IMG/VR virus record: IMGVR_UViG_3300042471_000812
DNA length: 64,000 bases
Direction: 5' to 3' (one strand)
DNA from: an uncultured virus (IMG/VR IMGVR_UViG_3300042471_000812)
Lineage: Duplodnaviria; Heunggongvirae; Uroviricota; Caudoviricetes
In this document: positions 48,550-59,100 of the stretch, piece after piece
How the letters are laid out: every line of letters begins with the position of its first letter
How positions within the stretch are numbered: the first letter of the stretch is position 1
Notes under the pieces: generated by a model
What the model saw: only the letters and a program-made list of their open reading frames with translations
Told to the model about the DNA's origin: nothing
Database searches by the model: none
Program-made: the position numbers and the translations under genes

Positions 48550-50178
48550 ATGACACCACTAGTAGCAGGTATAGCATTAACAGGAAAAGCCCCAGTGTAC
48601 GAAAACGTATATATGGCAGGGCTTAAACAAAAGGCAGCTGGTGAGACGGCCAAGGCGAAGGAAAAAGCAAAGGCAGCGGAGGATATTGAAAAGTCAATAA
48701 ATGTTGACCCTTCAAAGTATCATTTTTCAATGCAACCTCTTGTGAAGGAAAAGGCTTCCGAAGCTCTAACAAAGATGAGAAAGGTAATGGCTGAAGACCC
48801 TGTAAGAGGTATAAACACGGCTAATGATATAAAGCGAGATTTGCTTATAGATTTAGCTGGGATGGCAAACGCAAGCAATCAACTTTTTGAAAGGGAAAAG
48901 CCTACTTACACTTCTACATACCTTCGTCCGGATGCTACATTTAGGGCGCTGAATAGCAAGGATATTCGTGAAGCGATTAAAGACCCTGCGGTACAGAAAG
49001 AGCTTCAAGATTATGATTGGCAAATAAATGTTGACCCAAACGGTAGGGTATCCATAAACTTTTCGGATATAAAAAGTTTTGATGTAAGGAAGGAGTACAA
49101 TACTTTTCAGGGCGATATTATAAACCAATTTGCTCCTAAGTTGGCTGAAAAGTTTAGGGTTGGCGGGACAACTAGGCAAGAGCTTTCTCAGGTGATAACC
49201 AAAGAAAGGTCTGATGCTTATTTAGATTTAATCTCTTCGGATCCTGTTGGAGGAAAAAGTGCTGTGTTTAATTGGAAGAAAAAGTATAACGTTGACATTA
49301 CAACACCTGAAGGAAAGCAAAAAGTTTACGAGACATTTGTTGCGCCAGAAAGGTCAGCGGTTACCTCTCGGCCTGCAATGAATATTAATATTGGCGACGG
49401 AAGTAAAACGACAACTTCTCCAGTTGTTTCTCAAGCTTCTCTAACTGCTGATACTAGTTATAACTGGAGTCCATCGGCAAGGCCAGAAGGCCACTATGTT
49501 TTACAATTTGCGGAAGGGTTTGGCAACAAGAATCTTGTCGCTAGTGATGTAAATGGAAATCCATTAAAGTTTGAAAGCCAAAAAGAGGCAGAAGAATATC
49601 TTGTCAATAATAGCAAGTTTGATTATGAAGCTATTAAAACTTTAAACTTAGATATTCCTCCTGTTGGCATTACAATTCCTGCTGGTGAAAAGTCCTTTAC
49701 TATTGGCGAGGAGGGTTCTCGTACTGGTTATGGTGAAAATGTTGAGTCTAATACTTTCAATATGAAAGTTAATAGGTTGGAAACTGTGGAAACTTATACT
49801 GGTGATAAGATTTTGACTGTTGGTTTATTTAGAATGGAAAAGGGGGACATTATACCCCCAGAAATATCAAAATACGTTCCTTCTGATAAAACAGAAAAAA
49901 GGGTTTTTGTTGTCGGAGAGGTGCAAACTTCATATAAAACAAATGTAGGGACAAGGGATAGTGGTGGTACTGTGTATGTTCCTGCTACTAAGCAAAATAT
50001 AAGTGCCATTATTTCAAAGCTTACTCCATCAGACAAGGAAACAAGAAAGATGCTTGAAGATATTAATACTGGCAGGCAAAAGCTTGGTGATGGTAGGATA
50101 ATCGGCGCAGCAACGAAGGGCGCCGAAAGGCAACCTAAGAGTGGTTTTAGTTTGTTAGAATTTGATAATATAGCATAA
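48550..50178 (+). CDS. Probable internal virion (ejection) protein
   Basis: Position between pilot protein and giant protein. Confidence 0.5.
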   Translation: MTPLVAGIALTGKAPVYENVYMAGLKQKAAGETAKAKEKAKAAEDIEKSINVDPSKYHFSMQPLVKEKASEALTKMRKVMAEDPVRGINTANDIKRDLLIDLAGMANASNQLFEREKPTYTSTYLRPDATFRALNSKDIREAIKDPAVQKELQDYDWQINVDPNGRVSINFSDIKSFDVRKEYNTFQGDIINQFAPKLAEKFRVGGTTRQELSQVITKERSDAYLDLISSDPVGGKSAVFNWKKKYNVDITTPEGKQKVYETFVAPERSAVTSRPAMNINIGDGSKTTTSPVVSQASLTADTSYNWSPSARPEGHYVLQFAEGFGNKNLVASDVNGNPLKFESQKEAEEYLVNNSKFDYEAIKTLNLDIPPVGITIPAGEKSFTIGEEGSRTGYGENVESNTFNMKVNRLETVETYTGDKILTVGLFRMEKGDIIPPEISKYVPSDKTEKRVFVVGEVQTSYKTNVGTRDSGGTVYVPATKQNISAIISKLTPSDKETRKMLEDINTGRQKLGDGRIIGAATKGAERQPKSGFSLLEFDNIA

Positions 50179-53100
50179 TGAGTAAAGAGATACTAAAAGG
50201 CATATTTGAGGAGAACATAGCTCCTGTGCGTGAAGACATAACCTTTGAGGGTTGGGTAGATAAGATTAGGGATAACGAGGAGTACAAGGTGGGTTTATTT
50301 GAGAACTACGTCCAGCCGAGTATGCCTGAGGCCACATTTGAGGAGTTTAATTCTAATGCGTTTGGAAGCCTGGGAAAGGTGGAGGCCCCACTTGCTGGGG
50401 CGCAATCCGAAGAAAGTTTTTCCCCTACCGAATCCGTATCGAGCGAATTTGAGGTAGGGCCACCTGCTGGGGGAACGCCTCCCGGTGTTGAGCCAAAGGG
50501 TGCGCCGGTTGCTGAGGCTGCTGCGTTGGTTGGGGAGGTTGGCTCAGAGGGTGAGCCTACGATTATTGGGCAGGAGTTAGACCCTTACACGATTGTTGAG
50601 GAGGACGATAGGAATTTCTTTGAGCGTCTTTTTGGCGAGGAGCGTTATCGCAGGGTAACGGAGCGTGCGGTGGAAACGATACCGGCTTTGACTAGGTTAT
50701 TTGGCAAGGCTGCTGCGAAGGATGTTCAGGAAGAGATAAATGATTTAGGTAGGGCTATGGAGGCTGACCCTGAGTTTGTGATTAAGGCTTCGCAGAATGG
50801 TCTTTTCACTACGAACAATTTAGCCACGTATTTAAGTCAAGAGGCTGCCGGGGATAAGAAGGGCGCCGAAGAGATAAATATGTTTTTAGAAAAGGGTGCA
50901 ACGGGCAAGACTACTCAGTTTGAAAGGTTCAAGACGCTATATGCTCCAATCGAAAAAGAGCGCAACGAGGCTATACAAAAAGAGTTATTATCCAACAGAG
51001 ATTATGTAGCGTTAAGGGGAAAGATAGATGCTGAGTTTAATAGTCAGCGAGTAGGTGTTGATGAGAAGTATGATTTTAAGGCTTTGATGGGTGAGGAGTT
51101 TAAGGTTGGCGAGAAGGAATTGTTGGGCAAGTACGAATCTGCCACGCTTGCTTTACCTATGCAATTAGAAACCAAGGCGAGTGAGTTGAAGTTTGACTAT
51201 CAGACCAAGGTGAATAATGGGCAGATGGGTGTTAACGAAGCCAATGAAGGCTTAAAGCGTGATTTAGATGCTTATGGTGCGGAGTTGCAGAAGCAGAGTG
51301 ATGAGGCGTTGGGGGAGTATAATTCCGGCGTTAGCGCCTTGGCCGAAAGGGTACAAAAGGGTGTTAAGGATAAGCCAGAGTTCAAGGCTTACATGGACGA
51401 GTTGAACGACTTGCGTAATGGGGTTGTTGAGAGTTTTTCTGGCGATTACCAAAAGATTCAGCAGGCGGTGTTCAACAATATTGCCCCTAAGTACAACTCT
51501 AAGATTGAGAGTGCTATAACGAATAGCATGAAGGGTGAAACTCCTTTGCTTAACAAGTCTGGGGTAAAGGGTAATATTGACAAGATTTTGGGAAATAGGG
51601 GTTGGGATTACTTACCTTTCGACCAGAAGAAGGCTGCGTTGGATACTATGTTTGGCACTGCCTTATCTAAGTTAAAGCGTAGTGGTGTTCAGATAAACGA
51701 TGGTGTTGTTGCTGGGTTGCGTGCTGAGTTTGACGATGCGTTTATGGATAGGGCGTATTTTACCAAGAAGGGTACTCCTTCTTTGTTTATGGTAAAGACG
51801 CGTGCTATTGAGGAGGCTGAACGTCTTGACGAGATGCTTAAAGAGCGTGAGGCAAAGACTGGCACTAAGACATACACTTCTGGGATATATGGTTCGGAGT
51901 TTGGTGTTGGCGGTATGGGTTATGATGATACTGACGTTCAGGAGTTGCGGTTAGCGAGGGAAAAGTTACAGGAGATAATTGAGATGCCTGAAACGATGTC
52001 GGATAATGAGTGGTCGAATTTTTGGAATGGGTTAACTTCTGGGAAGGTTGTTGATTATTTGCCTTTTGTTTCTGGGTTAAAGAATTTGAGTGGCACGTTG
52101 GCGTTGTATCGTGCTGTGGGTAAGGACACTGAATCTGCCCGATATTTGAAAAACGCCGAAGCGTTAAATTCCACATACAAAAATATGTATGAGGTAAACA
52201 ACATGGCTTCGGATTGGTATAGGGCTGGTAGGGGTACTGCCGAGAGTTTACCTTTTATGATGGAGTTTGCTGCCACCGCAGGGATAGGTAGTGGCGTAAG
52301 GATAGCAACTGAAAAGGTTGCTGTAAAGTTGCTTGGCAAACAGGCAGAAACGATGGTTGGCAAGTCGTTTAAGGTTCTTGCTGGAACGCTTGTTAGTTCG
52401 TTAGCGCAAACCACGTTAAACCCTCAGCGTTATGTAGATGAAACGTTGAAGCGTATGACGCCCCAGATGACTATTGCGTTTTCTCCTGAGGGTGATGATT
52501 TGGTTGCCATGTTAGACAGCAGTGATGCTGAGGGTGGCTTTGAGGCTGCGTTAAAAGGTTTTGGTGTAACCGCTTCCGAGTATTTCTCTGAGGGGTTAGG
52601 TTTTGCGGGAGCGAGGGCAATGAAAGCGTTGGGGAGTAAGATGTTGCAGAATGAGTTTTTGAAGAAGGCGTATGTGGGTTGGTATATGAGCAAGTTCAAT
52701 TTAGATACACCTACTGCGTTTAAGAAGATTGCGGAGATGGGTGGTTGGAATGGATTTTTGATGGAGTTTGGCGAAGAGCTTGTAAACATACCGTTGACCA
52801 ATTTGATTACTGGTGATGCGAAGGTAATGGAGGGCATCATTAAGGACGGGGAGTTTGATACTGAGAACTTGGCCGATATTGCTCGCACCTTATTGCCTAT
52901 TAGCCTTGCTGGCGGTTCAGTTAGTTTGGGTGGTTTAGCTATCAACAAAATAGCCCCTGAGGGCGTTACGGTAACGTATAGGGACATTAACAACCTGCCT
53001 ACTACCGAAACCATTAACAAGGGTGTTTGGGACGCTGTAACTGAGGTTATGAAGTCTCCTTCCAAGGTGCGTGATTTTATTGCGAATGAGTTACCTAAGT

Positions 53101-56100
53101 TAAAGGTAGATGGTAAGGGTAGGGAGTTAGTAACTTCTATGTTAGAGCGTTCTGCTATTGAGTTTGATAGGGGTGTTGTTGGTGTTGGTACGCGTCAGGT
53201 TGCTGAGGCTACTTCTCCTTTGGAGGTAACTTTCGAGCCTATTCCCGAAACGGGGGGCGCGCCGAAGGTTGAAATAATTGCCAAGCGTAGGCAGAAGTTA
53301 AACAAGGACAGGACTAAGTTAGTACCTACTGGTGGTTTTGATTATTTCGCAAAGGTAGGGGATAGAGAGGTTAAGTTAAGTGATGCTGAGTATAAGGCAT
53401 ATAAGGATAGCGGTGTGTTGCCTGAGAGTGTTTCGGCGGTTGAGGCTACTCCGAAAGTTGAGGGGGAGGCTGTTACTCCTGAGGCGGTTTCTCCTGAGGT
53501 TCCTGCGTTAAGAGATGTAGAGAGTACGGCTGAGGCGTTGGAGGGGGTTAATAATAAAAACCCACAAGAAATTATTGACGCTTCAAAAAAAATAGACAAA
53601 GTTGAATATATTGAAGAAGGTGAAGCAAGGGAAATTATAGAAAGTTACACTCATTATAAAAGTGGGAACTCAAAATCTCCAGCAACAAGATGGGCGGGAT
53701 GGTTTCAATCTATAAACGCAGCAAATAAAAAGTTTATAGTTGAAGATATACAAAATGACCCTAAATTAAGAAATGCAATGCTTTCTTTATTTTTTGATGT
53801 ATATAAGTCAGAGTTAAACTTCAAGGGCTCTTTTGATGATTTTTTAAATACCGAAATTACTCTTTATAGGGGTGTTACTTTGGCTGATAAAAAGGGCGTT
53901 GGCCAAGAAGGATTTTCAGCTTTTTCTACTACAAAAAATAGGGTTTCTGCATACGCTGATGAACAAGCCATAGGCAAAGGACAAGTTAAAGAAATTAAAA
54001 TAAAGCCCATTGATACTTATGGTGCTGTGAATTATATTGGAGGTGGAGAGATAGAGGTTTTAGTCCCAACTGAATTTAAAAATGAAACAATAAGGCAAGA
54101 TTTTATCAGGCTTTTAGAATTAAATATAGGATTGTTTAGTGAAGAGCAAACAGAGCTGCTTGAGAAATACTACGACAAAGAAGATTACATATCTGGATTG
54201 GCATTTATCAAATCTATAATTTCTTCCAAACCAAAACAACTTTCCGAAGCCTACCACAAGGCGAAGGAGGACGGAAGCAATCCTGAGTTAGTTAGTGCGG
54301 TAGAGGAGTTGTTAGGCAAACCCACCCAAACGCCCGAAGTCGCCGAAGGGCAACCTGCCGAGGTTATTTCCCCAGAGGTAGCGGAAGTGTTATCAACCGA
54401 GGACACCACACGTATTGCGTTAGAATCGCTAGAGGTGTTACCTGAGGGCATAGAGAGTGCCGAGGAAGGTGCGCGTATCTACCACGAAGCGATAGGCAAG
54501 GAGGAGCGTACTGAGGCTGAGGACGCTGTTGTTATGGCGGTGGAGGATGCGGTTATTGGTGGTGCGGTTGTGCCTGAGGTGGAAACTCCCGAAGCGGTAG
54601 AAACCGCCGAAACAGTTACCCCCGAAGAGGTATCTACCGAGGGTGTTACCCCAGAGGTTCCTGGGGTGGTGGAAGCCGCCGAAGGGCAAAGGCAGCCAAG
54701 TCGTGTAGCCACCTTTTTCTCTGGTGCAGGCACAATGGAAGCGTCTTTACCCAACGCCCAATCTGTTATGGCTGTTGAGTTCAACCCAGCGTACGTTGAA
54801 GCGTACAACAAAGCCTTTGGTGTTGAGTATGAAGCCAAAGATGTTAGGGATATTAACCCTGAGGAAGTGATAGCTTCTAAGCCGGACATATTCCATGCTT
54901 CTCCTGTTTGCAAGAACTTTTCGGCGGCCAAGAATAAACGAACAGTTTTGAAGTCAGATATGGAATCGGCTGATGCTGTTGCGAGGGTTATTCGTGAGGC
55001 ACAACCACCGATTGTAACGATAGAAAATGTTCCTGACTACCAAGGCACTGTTCCATTTGAAACAATAGTAAAGGCGTTAGAAGATGCGGGCTACACCTTT
55101 GATGTTGGAGTTTACAACTCTGCGGATTTCGGTGGTGTTCAAAATAGGGAGCGTCTGTTAATTCGTGCTGTGAAGAGTGGCGAACTGCCACCTATCCAAG
55201 AGAAAACTGCTCCTGGGGATTGGTATTCTGCAATAGAGGATTTGATTGAAGGCGCTCCGGATTCAAAGTTTGAATCTAGGAGTGAGAGTGAGAATTGGGA
55301 GATGACTAGGATTAAGGATATGGTGCGTAAGGGTAAGTTAGATGCAACCAAGCCAATCATTACTATGGGTGGTTCTGCTTCTAGCGGTGTGGCTGCTGCT
55401 GCCAATGCTGGCGGCCCTGCGCCTACGTTATTAAGCACTTCGCGTTCTGTTCCAAGGATTATTTTGCCTGATGGCACAGTTAAGAGGGTAACTCCTGAGA
55501 TGATGCGTAGGCTTATGGGATTGCCTGAGAGTTATCCTATACCTTCCAACCCAAAGATTGCGAAGGAAGTTTTGGGGAATGGCGTTGATGGAGCGTTTAC
55601 TAGGGCGTTGATTGACCCGTTGTTGAATCGCGCCGAAACGCAACCCAGCGCCGAAGCGCAACCCAGCGCCGAAGGTTTAACTTCTAAGGAGAAAGCAGAA
55701 CAAGCCAACAAGCGCGCCGAAGAGATAGCCGAAAAGATACGCAAGAATTTAAGAGGTAGGGGCGGCATTACAGGCATAACGCCTTTTTCTCGCGCCAAGC
55801 GTTTAGCGGAGGTGGATAGGGCTACCCTTGCGTTGATTAAGGATTACATTTACCAAAAGGTTCTTGCCGGTGCATACACCTTCAAGGATTTTGTGGAGGA
55901 TATGAAGGAGAACAGCAAGCGGATTTTTGGTGTGCAGATTGAGGTTGCTAATTCTGATAAATCAATATTCCATTCAGCGCAGTCTCGTTTTGAGATAAAC
56001 GATGCTTTTGCTCAGGAGATATTGGATTTGAAAGATGATTTTCTCTTTTCTATTGCCGCTATGTCTGGCCGAATGAATATGAATTTTCAGGAGTTTATAT

Positions 56101-59100
56101 CTTCAAATAGTGCATTGGTTAACGGATTTGTGAATCGCGCCGAAAGCATTTACGGTTTAGACGATCAAGCTATGATGTTAGTGCAAGAGATGTACCAAGA
56201 CGCGTTACGTGCTGCTGCCAACCGCGCCGAATCGTACACTACTCTAGAAGATGTAAAGAAGTTCCACGAAACCAAGGAAGAGTTGTTAGGCTTAGAGAGG
56301 GACATGGAAAGGGCGCGTATCAACGAAGAGATAAAGCGTAGGCGTAACTGGTTGAGCAGAAACTTTGACAAGTTCCAGCGTGCGTTTATTACTCCTGTGA
56401 AAAACTTTAATCGTGCGTTTGGGTATAGGGCTGGTAAGTTTTCCGATTACAGAACTTCGCAAGAGCGTGATGTATATTCTGCACGTAAGTATCGTATGGG
56501 TGCTTCCACCAAGGCAGGCAATTGGTACAATGCTATCCACAACAAGATTTATGGTGGGTTGTCTTGGTTTGAGAAGGTAGAGTTAGACAAGTATTTGATT
56601 TATCGTAGGATTGTAGAGGTTTCTGAGGTACGCAATCAAAGGGCTGCGGAGTATAAGAAACTCGAAGCTGAATTAGCGGCTGGCGTTACTCCGGTAAGAA
56701 AGCAAGAGATTAAGGAGGCTATGGCGGAGCTTGAAAAGGCGGGCATGGGTGAGGTTAAGAGTGGTTCGATTATGGTTGATGGTAAGAAGGAGGAATACAC
56801 TGTTGCGCTTGCTGAGGCGTTTGTGAATGACATAAACGCTCGTAATGATGCTTTGGCAATCAAAATTAGGAATCGCGCCGAAATGTACACTGAGGCTAAC
56901 AATGAGTTGTTAAAAATGCGTTTAGATTCAGGCGAAATATCTCAGGAGGCTTACGATTCAATGCAGAAGCGTGATTATGTTCGCAGGTTGTTTGTTGACC
57001 TTTCAAACACAACCTTAGATGAAGCAAATTATTCCCCTGTATCTAAAGAGATAAAAGCTATCAAGGAAGGTAGTGAGGACGCAATATTGGAGATGGATAC
57101 TCAGGCTTTGTTGCAGATTAACGCTCAAATAACTTTCGATAGTGTTGCTAAAAACAACTTCATTAAAAAGGTTGTTGGTTGGTCGGAAGCTAAGCAGCAG
57201 GATTATTTAGACAAGGCGCTTGAAAAGTTCAAGGACGCTCGTGCTAGAACGGAGAGGTATCTTCGTTCTAGTCCTAGGCCATTAACTCAAGACGAGATAG
57301 ACAGATTCATAAAGGAGCAGACGTTATTTATTCCTTTGAGTAATGATGCGAAGGTTCCTAGTGGGTTTACTGCGCAGAAGTATTTTGTAGATGGTGTTGA
57401 GAAGAGGGTTGCTGTTCGTAATGATATTGCAAACATATTTCAAACGCCAAGTGGAAGGGGTATTAACGAGAACAGTTTTGCTATTAAGGCTATATCTGCG
57501 CTTCTTTTAACTCCGGTCATTAAGGCTTCGGCGGTATTTGTAAACCCAGCGTTTGCGATAGGTAACTTTGCCCTTGACGTAATTCATGCGTCAATGGTTA
57601 CTAGGGATTTGTATAAGTCGTTTACTTTTAACCTTGGTACTATTTTGGCAAAGGCTACGGGATATACTGCGGAGAACATATATCGCAAGGCGGTGAAGTA
57701 TGGTGCTTCCCTTTTTGGTAGAACTGCCAGGGATTCAAAGTTCGAGCGTCTTGTAAAGGATTACTTTGAGCATGGTGGAGGTATGTCTGGCCTTTCCAAT
57801 CCTTCGTCAAGAATGTATAGTGATAAGCTGTCTAGTAGTGCTTTGCGTAGGAGCTTTGGTGATGCTATGGATGGTATTATTGCTGTGTTGGACGTAATAA
57901 ATTCTTTGCAATCGGGTTCGGAGCTTATTACTAGGGTTATTGTTTATGAGGCTGCATTGGATAAAAACATAGCGGCGTATAGGGAGAAGAATGGTGTTGA
58001 CCCAGTTGGGGAGGATTTAGCGTTAATGAAGATGTCTGCGGCGGCGAGTTCTGCTGATTTGATTGATTTCAGGGAAGGCGCCGAAGCAACAAAAGCGTTC
58101 GACCAAACCCTTCTGCCTTTCTTAAACGCTATGATTCAAGGTGCCAAGGCAGAGATTGATTTTGCATCCAAGAATCCTTTACTTGCTGCTGCAAGATTGG
58201 CAGAGTTTGGAGGTATGGCACTTGGGGCTGCTCTGTACAATGCTAATTCCGGAGATGAAGATGAAAAAGAGGGTATCGTTGGCTACAATGGTATTACCGA
58301 TTACATAAAGTCGAACTTCTTTGTAATGATGATGCCTTGGACTAAGAAGAATGAGCGTGGGGAAATTGTCCGTCCGTTCATATCAATTAAGTTGCCTGCT
58401 GCGTTAAAGGCCACGAACATTTTGGTTAGCGGTATGGTTGCTGACCAAGGGGCGGAGAATACTATTGGCCAAATGGCAAGTGCGTTAGAGGGTGGTTATG
58501 TTCCTGAGATTGGTTCTGTATCTCCTACCGCCCAGATTTTTATGGCTTTGAATTACAATAGGGATGCGTTTAGGAAGGGCGCTCCGGTGTATCGTGGTAG
58601 GGCAGACGTGTTATTAACTGAGCGTTTCAACGCAGGGGAAACGAAGGCTATTTATCGTGATTTGTTTGGTGCTATGTATGATTTAATCAATGAGGATGGC
58701 GAGAATGAGGGTGTTTTAGGTTTTGATGAGGCGGGGCCGGCGCAATGGCAAGCGGCTTTCGAGAAGGCAATATCTTCAAACAATCCATACTACCTTGGCA
58801 TTACGTCCACCTACGCGACCATATCTTCGCTATACGGCAAGGATAATAAGAAAGAGGTAGATGCGCTTATGGACGAGAAGTTTGCTGCCTTAAATGCGTT
58901 TGGGAGCAGAGTATATCGCGAGCCGAATAGTAGTGTTCAGCAGAAGAATATGAAGGATAGGAAACAGGTTGATTTCCTTCGCGACCAGATAGGTTCTTGG
59001 CAAAAAAAGAACGATGATGCTATTGAGTTTGCTGCCAAGACGATACGGGATATTAACAAGTTAGAGGGTAACTCGAAGAATGTTAAAATAGATTTATTCT

